Source: Desulfobacterales bacterium (GTDB taxonomy: Bacteria > Desulfobacterota > Desulfobacteria > Desulfobacterales > UBA5852). Taken from it: a DNA stretch of 64,000 nt. Positions within the stretch are counted from its first letter, which is position 1, and each line of letters begins with the position of its first letter. The notes beneath the pieces are model-generated. The model ran no database searches, was not told the DNA's origin, and was given only the letters and a program-made list of their open reading frames with translations. This document shows, piece by piece, positions 1 to 9,700 of the stretch. The stretch spans positions 544,001 through 608,000 of the forward strand of contig CAXXVS010000003.1 of the NCBI GenBank assembly GCA_963674755.2, read 5' to 3'. A program made the position numbers and the translations under genes.

Positions 1-240
1 GGCCGCGTCTACCGCTGTCCCCTGTGCGAAGATTTTCCCCTTCACAGCTATACCTTGGAAAACGACCGGCTCGACCCCATGCCGGCCATTAACGAAAAAG
101 ACCTCTTTGCCCTGGATATCCCGGAAGGCTGCGTCATGAATAAACTGGTGCAGCCCGGCAACCTCGTTTACGGCGAAGACGGCCGGCCGGCCTACCGGAT
201 CGCCTGTTGCATGCTGAAGGAAGAAATTCTACCGCTTTGA
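1..240 (+). CDS. 3' end of a Cys-rich protein, probably radical SAM/SPASM family (5'-partial)
   Basis: Frame open from base 1: GRVYRCPLCED...EGCVMNK...IACCMLK; scattered Cys motifs resemble a SPASM-type C-terminus. Confidence 0.5.
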   Translation, partial: GRVYRCPLCEDFPLHSYTLENDRLDPMPAINEKDLFALDIPEGCVMNKLVQPGNLVYGEDGRPAYRIACCMLKEEILPL

Positions 241-250
241 GGACAACGCC

Positions 251-550
251 ATGGAAAAGGTGAAGGGCCGCCTGACGGTTCGACAACGGATGATCGCCCT
301 GTTGGAAGATGAAGCATGCGACGTGCGCGATATTTCCAAGGCGCTGCACATTTCCGAAAAAGAGGTGGGAGACCATCTGGAGCATATCCGGCGCAGCTTG
401 TCCGCTACCCAGCAAAAACTAGAGATCCGACCCGCGGAATGCCTGGCTTGCGGATTCGTTTTCGAGGACCGCAGCCGTTTTTCCCGCCCGGGCCGCTGCC
501 CTCGCTGCCGGGAGAGCCGCATATCGATGCCGCGTTTTTATATCTGCTGA
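251..550 (+). CDS. HTH + Zn-ribbon transcriptional regulator (COG3357-like)
   Basis: N-terminal HTH (RDISKALHISEKEVGDHLEHI), then CxxCGFxF...PxRCPxC; GAGGA RBS upstream. Confidence 0.8.
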   Translation: MEKVKGRLTVRQRMIALLEDEACDVRDISKALHISEKEVGDHLEHIRRSLSATQQKLEIRPAECLACGFVFEDRSRFSRPGRCPRCRESRISMPRFYIC

Positions 551-623
551 AGCGCCCCTTGGGCTTCACCTTCCCACCTTGCTTCCATACGGCTTTCGCG
601 TCCCGTCAGTGTGCCTATAACCA

Positions 624-1550
624 TTAAGGCCCCACCGCCAACAACCAGATAAGATAGGTCAAGGCCGATGCCAGGGTGCTGGTGGAGATGGCGGCGGCGG
701 CGAATTCGTCATCACCGTGCATTTCTCTGGCCATGACGTAGGCCACGGTCGCCGTAGGGGTGGCCAGCAGGATCAAACCGGGCAGAAAATCGACGGGTTT
801 TTGCCCGAAGAGGATGAAGAAGGCCAGGCCGGCCAGTGGCAGGGCGACGATCTTGATGGCGACGGCGCCCAGGACCGAGAAAAGATTCTTGCGCATGACC
901 TCCAGGGATATCGAGGCGCCGATCAGCATCAGCGACATGGGCGGCGCCAGGCCGCTCAAAATGTCCATGAAACGCAGGATCGGTGGGGGGAGTTCCACCT
1001 GAAAGAACGAGGCCGTCACACCGGCCAGGGCCGATACGATGATGGGATTGCGCCCCAGTTTCTCGGCGATGCCCCGCAGTCTTTTGCGGGGTCCGCCATC
1101 CGCCACGGTGCTGGCCTGCAACGCCAGGACGGAGAGCACATTCTGCAGGATCATCAGAAAACCCGCTATAATACCGGCCTTGGCCAGGCCGCTTTCGCCC
1201 AGGAAGTAAAAGGCCACCGGAAGTCCGATGTAACCGTGGTTGCCATGGGCGGAACACTGGATAAACGTCCCGATGCGTCCTTTGGGCCAACGGGTCGCAT
1301 GCCCGATCAGCCAGGCACTGAAATAGGCCAGAACCGCCGATGACAGGGTAATGATCAGAACCATCATGTTGAACTGCGTATGGAAGGAAGCTCTTAAAAT
1401 GGAGCGGAAGATGAGGGCCGGGATGGCCAGGTAGTAGACCAGCTGATTGGCCGGCCCCAGGAATTCCGGCGGCATGAATCCCCGGCGGCGGGCGAACCAG
1501 CCCAGGATGACGACAGCGAAGATCGGGATGATGGTTGAGAGTACTTGCAT
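624..1550 (-). CDS. AEC (auxin efflux carrier)-family transporter
   Basis: ~10 TM segments; GNxGYIGLP, NPII and PTA motifs. Confidence 0.88.
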   Translation of the reverse strand: MQVLSTIIPIFAVVILGWFARRRGFMPPEFLGPANQLVYYLAIPALIFRSILRASFHTQFNMMVLIITLSSAVLAYFSAWLIGHATRWPKGRIGTFIQCSAHGNHGYIGLPVAFYFLGESGLAKAGIIAGFLMILQNVLSVLALQASTVADGGPRKRLRGIAEKLGRNPIIVSALAGVTASFFQVELPPPILRFMDILSGLAPPMSLMLIGASISLEVMRKNLFSVLGAVAIKIVALPLAGLAFFILFGQKPVDFLPGLILLATPTATVAYVMAREMHGDDEFAAAAISTSTLASALTYLIWLLAVGP

Positions 1551-1562
1551 GAACCGGCCGGG

Positions 1563-2546
1563 TCAGATATCCACCAGGGTTTTGATACGTTCGGGTGATG
1601 AGAAGGCCCCCAGAAATTGATCGAGTTCCGTCAGCGTTATCCGGCCGGTCGTCAAGGGGCCGGTTTGGATCTGCCCTTTTTCCAGGCATTCAATCGCTTC
1701 GGGAAACTCATTTGTATAGATCAAAGAGCCCCGGATCGTCAATTCCTTGCGGACCACCATGTCGATGGGAATGGTATGATCCTTCCCCGGCAAGCTCAGG
1801 ACAACGATTTTCCCCAGTGGTGCGGCCAATCGAATGACGCGGTCCAGCGCCATCGGCACGCCGCTGGTCTCATAGATGACATCGAACGTATTGGTGAAAT
1901 CCTCATAGGAGGCGTCAGGTCCGATAATTTCCCCTGCGCCGAGTTGTTCGGCCAGCGACAGCCGTTTTTCAGAAAGATCGCAAGCGCTGACCCTGGCACC
2001 CTTGCGCGCGGCAAGCTGCATGACGAGCAGCCCCATGATGCCTGCACCGAAGATGAGGACCCTGTCCCCGGGATTCGGCGCCGTGATGCGCATGGCATGA
2101 ACCCCCACGGACAGCGGTTCCGTAAAGACGGCTACCTCGTCGGGGAGCGCATCCGGGATTTCCCAGACATAGCGTGCCGGCACTTTGACAAATTCGGCGA
2201 AAACACCATCGGTATCCACGCCCAGCCGGATTTTGGACGGGCAGGTGTTGCCGTGGCCCGATGTACACAAGGGGCATTGGCCGCAAGAAAAGTTGGGTTG
2301 GATCGTGACCCGCTGGCCGGGTTCCAGCCCGGTCACCCTCTCCCCCGTCGCCTCGACGATGCCGACGGCTTCGTGGCCGGGTATGACCGGCAGGGGAACG
2401 CCAAACCGGCCGTGATAAAGGGTATGGTCGGAGCCGCAGATGCCCCCCAGCTTCACCCGTATCAGGACTTCGTCCCGGCCGCATACCGGCATGCCGGCGT
2501 CGGCGACGATAAGTCTGCCGACTTCGGTCAATATGGCAGCTTTCAT
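1563..2546 (-). CDS. Zn-dependent medium-chain (sorbitol/threonine DH-like) dehydrogenase
   Basis: GICGSD, GHE, CGQCPLC..C structural Zn site, GAGIMG; start taken at MKAAIL. Confidence 0.9.
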   Translation of the reverse strand: MKAAILTEVGRLIVADAGMPVCGRDEVLIRVKLGGICGSDHTLYHGRFGVPLPVIPGHEAVGIVEATGERVTGLEPGQRVTIQPNFSCGQCPLCTSGHGNTCPSKIRLGVDTDGVFAEFVKVPARYVWEIPDALPDEVAVFTEPLSVGVHAMRITAPNPGDRVLIFGAGIMGLLVMQLAARKGARVSACDLSEKRLSLAEQLGAGEIIGPDASYEDFTNTFDVIYETSGVPMALDRVIRLAAPLGKIVVLSLPGKDHTIPIDMVVRKELTIRGSLIYTNEFPEAIECLEKGQIQTGPLTTGRITLTELDQFLGAFSSPERIKTLVDI

Positions 2547-2646
2547 GCTTCCCTTATCTCCTAAAAGAGCTTTTGTCCGGCATCGGCGGCCTCCCCAGGG
2601 AACTTCAACGGAGACGCCGTGGCAATTAATTATTGTGGCACGCGGC

Positions 2647-3918
2647 TCAGAAGCCGAACAGGTGCGGCAGTCCAAGAACCGTTACCGGAACGAACGAAAT
2701 AATGATCAGCACGAGCAGTTCGACGAAAAAGAGCGGCACGATTTGGCGCGTCAGGCGGCCAAGGCCGACATTGGCCACGGAATCCGCCACGAAAAGGCAC
2801 AGACCCATGGGCGGGGTGATCAGGCCGATCATAAGATTGAAGACCACCAGAATACCGAAATGGGTCGGGTCGACCCCCATGCTGACGGCGATAGGATGCA
2901 GGATGGGCACCAGGACCAGCATTGCGGCGATACCTTCCAAAAACAGCCCGATGAAGAGGAACAGGATCATCGAAGACACCAGGAACATCCATTTGGCCGT
3001 CATGAACGTCAAGGCAAAATCGGTGATGATGTTGGGGATGCGGTTGTAGGTCATGAGCCAGTTGGCGGCCGAGACCGTGGCCATGACGATCATGATGACG
3101 GCACTGTCGCGCATGGAATTGGCAAAGATCTTGGGGAGGTCGGACCATTTAAGCTCCCGGAACAGAAACAGGCCGACCACCAGGGCGTAGGCCACCGCAA
3201 AGCTGGCCGCCTCGGTAGGGGTAACGATACCAAAGAGAATGCTGCCCACCACAAAGATCGGCATCAGCAGCGGAATAATGCCCTGGATGAGAATGGTGCG
3301 CTTGCCACCGGCGGTGGCCTGAGGGTCGGGTTTTTCATAGTCGCCGGCAAAGACCATGACGTAGCCCGACAGAAAAATGGCCAGCAGGATCCCCGGCACC
3401 ACACCACCCAGAAACATGCCCGGCACGGACACCCCTGTCACGATCAGGGCATAGATGATGACCGGGATGCTCGGGGGGATGATCGGGCCGATCACCGATG
3501 ATGCGGCGGTAATGGCCGCCGCAAAGTCGCGCGGATAGCCCCGCTTTTCCATTTCGGGAATGAAGACCCGGCCGATGGCGGAAGTGTCGGCCACTGCCGA
3601 GCCGGACAGGCCGGCAAAAATGACCGACGCCCAGATATTGACCAGGGCCAGGCCGGCCCGCAAGCGTCCGACCATAATCGTGGTAAAAGCGATAATGCGG
3701 CTGGTGATGCCGGATTCGTTCATCAGTTCGCCGGCCAGGATAAAGAGGGGGATGGCCAGCAGCGGATAGGATTCCAAGCCGCCGAACATCTGGGTGGCAA
3801 CGATGCGTACATTGTAGGGAAAGGCCCCGATCGCCATGAAATACATCAGGGCTGCCACAATGGAGAAGGCCACCGGTACGCCGATGATCAGGCAGACAAT
3901 CAGGATTGCATAAACCAT
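2647..3918 (-). CDS. dctM: TRAP transporter large permease
   Basis: LLAIPLFILAGELM, SGSAVAD, IIPPSIP, TPPMG motifs. Confidence 0.93.
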   Translation of the reverse strand: MVYAILIVCLIIGVPVAFSIVAALMYFMAIGAFPYNVRIVATQMFGGLESYPLLAIPLFILAGELMNESGITSRIIAFTTIMVGRLRAGLALVNIWASVIFAGLSGSAVADTSAIGRVFIPEMEKRGYPRDFAAAITAASSVIGPIIPPSIPVIIYALIVTGVSVPGMFLGGVVPGILLAIFLSGYVMVFAGDYEKPDPQATAGGKRTILIQGIIPLLMPIFVVGSILFGIVTPTEAASFAVAYALVVGLFLFRELKWSDLPKIFANSMRDSAVIMIVMATVSAANWLMTYNRIPNIITDFALTFMTAKWMFLVSSMILFLFIGLFLEGIAAMLVLVPILHPIAVSMGVDPTHFGILVVFNLMIGLITPPMGLCLFVADSVANVGLGRLTRQIVPLFFVELLVLIIISFVPVTVLGLPHLFGF

Positions 3919-3922
3919 GGGA

Positions 3923-4477
3923 TTACCCTCCGGTCGTTTCGGTGGTGGGTTTCTCCGTAAGGCGCATCACCAATTTCAGCAGGGCCGCGATCGTCAGAGT
4001 AACGCCACCGACGACGATGGCCGCCTGATAGGGATACATGTGCCCGATCCAGATCATCCCGTCCCATCCGGTCAGGGCCTTGAGCCATTTGGCCAGATTG
4101 ATGATGCCGGGAGATTCCAGGCGGCCCCGTTTGATCACAAACATCCAGCCGGAATAGGTTAACATGATGCCGTTGAGCACCATGATCAGATCCACGAGGA
4201 TGTAGAGTTTGCGGGTCATGGATTCCGACAGGAAGTGGACCAGCATGGTGAAACGGATGTGCCGATCCTGCAGATAGGCCCAGGCCACCCCGAACATGAC
4301 GCCGTAAATGGCGATGAAGACCGGCAGCTCCTCACCCCACTCGAGGGATTTCCCGATGGCATAGCGGCGGAGGGAATTGACGAAGACAATTAAAAAGAGC
4401 AGCGACATGGACAGGGATGCGCCTCCGGCAGCCAGTTGCGAAAAGCGGCGGGATACGCTTGCAATGATTTTCGACAT
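3923..4477 (-). CDS. dctQ: TRAP transporter small permease
   Basis: 4 TM, W.EEL and HI motifs, lies between dctP and dctM. Confidence 0.88.
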   Translation of the reverse strand: MSKIIASVSRRFSQLAAGGASLSMSLLFLIVFVNSLRRYAIGKSLEWGEELPVFIAIYGVMFGVAWAYLQDRHIRFTMLVHFLSESMTRKLYILVDLIMVLNGIMLTYSGWMFVIKRGRLESPGIINLAKWLKALTGWDGMIWIGHMYPYQAAIVVGGVTLTIAALLKLVMRLTEKPTTETTGG

Positions 4478-4543
4478 GGCGGTGGCTCTTCCCCTAAACA
4501 CAAAAATGGTGAATAGATGACGTCATCCTTATGGGTACAGGAG

Positions 4544-4578
4544 GGCGCCGGGAAGCGCAAGGTGCGCTTCCCGGCGCC
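4544..4578 (-). other. 16-bp perfect stem-loop downstream of dctP (mRNA-stabilising or partial terminator)
   Basis: GGCGCCGGGAAGCGCA-agg-TGCGCTTCCCGGCGCC; no U-tract. Confidence 0.6.
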
Positions 4579-4593
4579 GCGGAGGGCAGACCG

Positions 4594-5607
4594 TTACTCG
4601 GACTTGGACGCGGCCGAGACCGCATCGTCAAGCTTTTTGATCCAAACGGCATCCGCCCCGAGTTCTCCGGCCAGCCATTTCTTGACGGCCGGCTGGGCCA
4701 AGGCCTGGAACTGGGCCAGGTCCTCTTCGGTCGGAGAATAGACCTGCATACCGGCGGCCGCCACCTTAGTCACGCCCTCCGCGGTGTTGAACTCCTGGAT
4801 GGCGCGTCCCATGGTGCCGGCAATGCGGGCGGCCTTCTTGATGATGGCCTGGTCTTTGGCCGGCAGGGACTGGAAGAACTCATCGCTGATGATGATGAAG
4901 TCGGCGCCGTAGACGTGGCCGTCCAGCGTCAGGTATTTTTGCAGCTTGTACAATTGGTTGTTGTAGATGACGCCGACCGGGTTTTCCTGTCCGTCCACGA
5001 CACCGGTGGCCAGGGCATTGGGCAGCTCGGACCAGGCGATGGGGGTCGGCTCCCCGCCCAGACCTTTCACCATCTCGACATAAAGGGGAATGGGCTGAAC
5101 ACGGAACTTGAGGCCCTTCATGTCGGCCGGCGTCCGGATTTCATGCACGTTGTTGGTGAAGTCGCGGAAACCGGTTTCGCCATAGGCCAGCGTGCGCAGC
5201 CCGGTCTTCTGCAGGCAATGCTCGGCCAGCTCCTGGCCGAAAGGACCGTCCAGCACATCCCAAGCCACCGGGGCGGATGGAAACACATAGGGGATGTTCA
5301 GCACGTCGGCTGTCTTGCACACCGTCGACATGGCGCCGGATACAATGGCCATCTGGGTGGTGCCTTCCATCACCTGCTGAACCAGACTGTTTTCGTCGCC
5401 CAGGGATTTGGCCGGGAACAGCTCGACCGTGATGTTGGTTTCCCCTTCGACGATGTTCTTGAATATGACGCTGGCCGCCCCTTTTTTGGAGCTCGTCCAT
5501 TCGGCAGGGTCGACGTGCCCCAGTTTGATGATGGGTTCCGCCATGGCAGCTGTAGCAAAAACGAGCGTGAACACAACTATACTCCATACTTTGATTGAAC
5601 GGAACAT
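4594..5607 (-). CDS. dctP: TRAP transporter substrate-binding protein
   Basis: Signal peptide; GFRDF, DMKGLKFRV (conserved carboxylate-binding Arg), GVVDGQENP. Confidence 0.93.
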   Translation of the reverse strand: MFRSIKVWSIVVFTLVFATAAMAEPIIKLGHVDPAEWTSSKKGAASVIFKNIVEGETNITVELFPAKSLGDENSLVQQVMEGTTQMAIVSGAMSTVCKTADVLNIPYVFPSAPVAWDVLDGPFGQELAEHCLQKTGLRTLAYGETGFRDFTNNVHEIRTPADMKGLKFRVQPIPLYVEMVKGLGGEPTPIAWSELPNALATGVVDGQENPVGVIYNNQLYKLQKYLTLDGHVYGADFIIISDEFFQSLPAKDQAIIKKAARIAGTMGRAIQEFNTAEGVTKVAAAGMQVYSPTEEDLAQFQALAQPAVKKWLAGELGADAVWIKKLDDAVSAASKSE

Positions 5608-5716
5608 GTTGCCCTCCTTTGGTTTGATGGCATTTGGGGAACCATCGGTTGTCGGACGCTCTTACGGCATACATTGCCCAAGGGATCATGCCTTCATTGC
5701 TTTGAAGAAGGCATCC

Positions 5717-6538
5717 TCATGGCTTCAATGTCGGCTCTCTTTCCAAAAATCGCTCGGCGGCGCGAATGGCGCGACGGGCGAACTCTTCCGGCCCCAGCGC
5801 TTTCATCAGGACCTCGTTGGGGATTTCAAGCGAATAGGGCGCGGTGGGCATACACTCCAGGATTTCGTGAAGTTTTATTCCGCCCTCGCCCGGAAATAAG
5901 CGCCCGGCGCGGGCCGTGTAAACGATCGCGTCCTCTGTGGTCGGGATCTCTTGCGGCGCATCGCAGAGATGGATGAAATGAAACCATTCCCGGGGGACAT
6001 TGCGCAGGTCCTCCAGGCGTGACCGGGAGCGGTCGAAATGGAGGGTGTCCACCAGCAGGCCCGCGTTAGGTTTGTCCACCGCTTCGATTACGGCAGTCGC
6101 GGCTTTCAGGTCCGGGGTGTCGGTCCACGAGGGAAACTCGAGATCGACCGTAAGCCCGAAGGGTTGGGCCAGTTCACAAAGTCGGCCGAAGCGATCGGTA
6201 GCCCGTGCCCGGTCGGGGTCGGGGAGTTGGGCGATGACGGCGCGGGCCCCGAGTTCGGCCCCCGCCTCCAGAAACGTGAGATAGGCCTCGGGTTCCGTCC
6301 GGGGATCCATGCGGGCCAGTTCGATGTCGAGCACGCCCACACCCGTATCCGCCATGCGCGCCTTGGTTTCCTTCATCAGGGTGCGGTCGTCCATAAGGGG
6401 GTAGGTTTTCTCGTTGGGTGTGACAGATGTCATTCGCAGACTGACGTACTGGTAGCCGGCTTTAGCGGCGATGGCCACCATCTCCGGCGGGGAACACTGC
6501 AAAACGGTCAGATGAGCGAGTGAAAATTCATGCGCCAT
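5717..6538 (-). CDS. Sugar-phosphate isomerase/epimerase/dehydratase, xylose-isomerase-like TIM barrel (AP endonuclease 2 family)
   Basis: Metal ligands in LEF, DTLH, HLCD, LEI; RLFPGEG. Confidence 0.85.
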   Translation of the reverse strand: MAHEFSLAHLTVLQCSPPEMVAIAAKAGYQYVSLRMTSVTPNEKTYPLMDDRTLMKETKARMADTGVGVLDIELARMDPRTEPEAYLTFLEAGAELGARAVIAQLPDPDRARATDRFGRLCELAQPFGLTVDLEFPSWTDTPDLKAATAVIEAVDKPNAGLLVDTLHFDRSRSRLEDLRNVPREWFHFIHLCDAPQEIPTTEDAIVYTARAGRLFPGEGGIKLHEILECMPTAPYSLEIPNEVLMKALGPEEFARRAIRAAERFLEREPTLKP

Positions 6539-6605
6539 TTGATGTTTTCTCCTTAAAATCCTGCTTGCGGGGTTTTAAATATGGCACCATCCGCCCATGT
6601 ATCCC

Positions 6606-8366
6606 TCAGTCTGTGCTGACATGGGATATTTTCTTGCCGGGGGAGTAGATGTCCAGAATGTTCCAGTGTCCGGCAGTGGGCACCGGGTTGTTGATCATGG
6701 CCACGTCCAGAACCACCGGGCGGTTGGATGCGATGGCCTTTTCGAGAGCCGGCTTGAATTGGGCGGCCGCGGTAATTTTGACCCCATCCACGCCATAGGC
6801 TTGGGCCACTGCAGCATAATCGGGCGATGTGAACTGGCCGTCCCTTTCGAAAACGGTGCCGAAGGTGGTGCCATAGTGGGCCTTCTGCAGCCCGGCGATG
6901 GTGCCGAAGGCGTCGTTATTCATGATCACGAACACCACGGCCACGTTTTCCGCCCGGGCCGTGGCCAATTGGGCCGGGTTCTGGCCGAACCCGCCATCGC
7001 CGATCAGCGCTACCACGACCTTGTCGGGACAGGCCAGTTTGGCGCCGATGGCCGCCGGGCCCCCAAAGCCCATGGTGGCGTAGCCGCCCGGTATGAGAAT
7101 GCTTCCCGGTGTGTAGATGGGGAATTGCTGGCCCACGCCGTTCTTGTTCCAGCCCACATCCGTAGTGATGATGGCATCCCGCGGAAGCACCTCGCGTACT
7201 TCGGCCAGGATACGTTCGGGCATCATGGGGAAGGCATCGCTCTGCTCCATGGCGACGTTGGTCTTTTTGAAGTCTTCCCGATAGGCGGCGATCTTTCCAA
7301 TCAGCTCTTGGTGCTGAATCCCGTTGGGGAAAAGATCCCTGGCCACATGGGTCAGAACCTTTAGGGCCTGCTTCAAATCGGCCACCGCCCCAATTTCCAC
7401 CGGATAATTGCGCCCGATTTCGCTGGGCTCGATGTCGATCTGCATCAATCGGCTGGGGGGAATGGCGAAGGTATATTCCGGGTACCAGGAACTGCAGTCC
7501 GCTTCCTTGAAGCGAGTGCCCAGGCCCAGGATCACATCGGCCTCCCGGCAGGCCTCATTGATGAATTGGGTGCCCCAGAAGCCGGTCATACCAAGGGTCA
7601 AGGGGTGATCGTCCGGCAGGGCGCCCTTGCCCATGAGGCTGTGGGCCACCGGGATGTTCATGTGATTCACGAAGGCCTTTAGTTCGTCCGCCGCTGCCGC
7701 AAGAAGGACGCCGCCTCCAGCATAGATAACGGGCTTTTCCGCATCGGCAAGGGCTTGCACGATTTCCCTTGCGGTATCCTGGTCCAGGGACGGTTGGCGG
7801 AGCACGCGGGTGTTGGATTTAACCCGATCGAAAAGGACAGTGTCCACCTCTTTGGAAAAGATATCCATGGGCACGTCCACCAGCACCGGCCCGGGTTGTC
7901 CGTTTTCAGCCAGTTGAAAGGCCTTGTCAATGATTTCAGGAAAGAGCTCCGGGCGCTCCACCCGCCAAGCGCGTTTTACAAAGGGGCGGTAAATCTCGTA
8001 TTGATCCCCGTCGGCATGGAGGTTCACTTCCTGGTGGGGGTGTTTGCCGTAGTAGTGGCTGGGAACATCGCCTGCGATCACCACCATGGGAATACAGTCC
8101 AGGGCGGCATTGGCGACGCCTGTAGCGGCATTGGTCATGCCGGGCCCCAGATGGGTCAAAACCACGGCGGCCCTGCCTGTGACGCGCGCATAGCCGTCGG
8201 CCGCGTGGGCGGCAATCTGTTCATGCCGCACGTTGATGAAATCGATGGTGCTGTTTTCCAGGGCGGACAAAACAGCGATATTCGTGTGTCCGCAAAGACC
8301 GAAGATGTGTTTCAGGCCTCGATCTTCCAAATAGTCGACCAATTGATGTGCGACGAGAGCTTTCAT
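6606..8366 (-). CDS. ThDP-dependent enzyme, acetolactate synthase/IolD/cyclohexanedione hydrolase superfamily
   Basis: RHEQ, GPG.TN, GDGG...NN ThDP motif; N-terminal FGLCGHT. Confidence 0.9.
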   Translation of the reverse strand: MKALVAHQLVDYLEDRGLKHIFGLCGHTNIAVLSALENSTIDFINVRHEQIAAHAADGYARVTGRAAVVLTHLGPGMTNAATGVANAALDCIPMVVIAGDVPSHYYGKHPHQEVNLHADGDQYEIYRPFVKRAWRVERPELFPEIIDKAFQLAENGQPGPVLVDVPMDIFSKEVDTVLFDRVKSNTRVLRQPSLDQDTAREIVQALADAEKPVIYAGGGVLLAAAADELKAFVNHMNIPVAHSLMGKGALPDDHPLTLGMTGFWGTQFINEACREADVILGLGTRFKEADCSSWYPEYTFAIPPSRLMQIDIEPSEIGRNYPVEIGAVADLKQALKVLTHVARDLFPNGIQHQELIGKIAAYREDFKKTNVAMEQSDAFPMMPERILAEVREVLPRDAIITTDVGWNKNGVGQQFPIYTPGSILIPGGYATMGFGGPAAIGAKLACPDKVVVALIGDGGFGQNPAQLATARAENVAVVFVIMNNDAFGTIAGLQKAHYGTTFGTVFERDGQFTSPDYAAVAQAYGVDGVKITAAAQFKPALEKAIASNRPVVLDVAMINNPVPTAGHWNILDIYSPGKKISHVSTD

Positions 8367-8438
8367 GCAATCCTCCTGCAATAAAATCATTGGCCGCCGC
8401 AGCGGCGTGCTTCGATTCTGCCAAATCGGTTATCAAGC

Positions 8439-9656
8439 CTATCCTAATTGGGCCTTTTCCGGTTCGTACCGCACGGAAAAGATCAACAACAAACTGGCGG
8501 TCATGACCAGCCCGGCTAAGGCAAAGCCCTGGTCAAACATCCCCTTGTCGCCGAACATACCGATCACGGTGGGGAAAGCGCCGCCTCCGATCAGCATGGA
8601 AACGGGCATGATCAGGGCGATCACCAGGTTGCGGAGCCCGCTCGCCACCATGCCCGTCAGGACGGCGTAAGCCGGCGGAAAGAACGCGGCGGCAAAAAGC
8701 GGCTGCAATAGCAGCGGCAGCCACAACCAATTGTTGTCGGCCAGACCTATCATAATGGTTGCCAGACCGCTCAGCAGGGCCGCGGCGGCCATCACCGATC
8801 GCGGATCCCAACGGGCGGACAACCAGCCCGCCGCCAACGGCGACACCATGGCGGCCACGCGGGAGGCCGACATGATGAAGTTGGTGAAGGTCTGCCCCAT
8901 CCCCCTTTCGGTTTGCAGATAGAGGGGGATCATGGAAAACACCCCTACGTTGGCGGCCACACCGAGGGCGAAGACAATCAGCATGGCCCAGAAGGTCCAC
9001 CGGGAGAGCACCTGGTGCATGTTTTTCCAGGTGGGGGGATCGCCCCTGTAGTCCCCGGTCGGTCGTTTGAAGGCGTAGTAAAGCCCGGTGACGATCAATC
9101 CCATGGCAATCGGCCATACGACGCTCCGCCAGCTGCCCCATCCTATTACCGCTTCGGCCAGCAGGGGGGCGGCGATAAAGCCAAGACTGGGTGAGATTTC
9201 GTGGATTGAAAAGGCCTTGCCGAAATCCCTGGAGGCCAGTCCATAGGTCAGGCTGGCGATCCCCGCCGGAAGATAGAAACCGGCCGTAACGCCGATGAGG
9301 ACCAGCGCCACTCTGAGAAAAGGCAGGGAGGTTCCCATGGCCGCTCCGACCAAAGCCAGCCCGCAGGAGAGGCTCGACAGGGTGATGGTCTTTTGATGGT
9401 TCAGCCGGGAAGAGAGATACCCTGAGCTCAGGACGCCGAAAAAATAACCGGCCGTAATAAAGAGAAACAATGCGCCGGCCCCGGTGTGGGTAATGCCCAG
9501 ATCGGCTTCGATGTTGACCAGCAGCGGCCCCCAGATAAAGCGCGCCAGAAAATTGAAAAAGAAGAGGACCGCCAGCAGGGCGATAGCCGAGAAGCGGGCC
9601 CGGAAGGGCAAGATTCGAGAGGATGGCAAAGGGTAAGAGGGACGGTCGGTTTGCAT
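8439..9656 (-). CDS. MFS transporter
   Basis: ~12 TM in two 6-TM halves; GYLSSRL motif-A-like; start uncertain. Confidence 0.85.
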   Translation of the reverse strand: MQTDRPSYPLPSSRILPFRARFSAIALLAVLFFFNFLARFIWGPLLVNIEADLGITHTGAGALFLFITAGYFFGVLSSGYLSSRLNHQKTITLSSLSCGLALVGAAMGTSLPFLRVALVLIGVTAGFYLPAGIASLTYGLASRDFGKAFSIHEISPSLGFIAAPLLAEAVIGWGSWRSVVWPIAMGLIVTGLYYAFKRPTGDYRGDPPTWKNMHQVLSRWTFWAMLIVFALGVAANVGVFSMIPLYLQTERGMGQTFTNFIMSASRVAAMVSPLAAGWLSARWDPRSVMAAAALLSGLATIMIGLADNNWLWLPLLLQPLFAAAFFPPAYAVLTGMVASGLRNLVIALIMPVSMLIGGGAFPTVIGMFGDKGMFDQGFALAGLVMTASLLLIFSVRYEPEKAQLG

Positions 9657-9700
9657 GATGCCAATCAGACGGGGCCTTTGGTTTCGCCCCCGAGCAAAGA

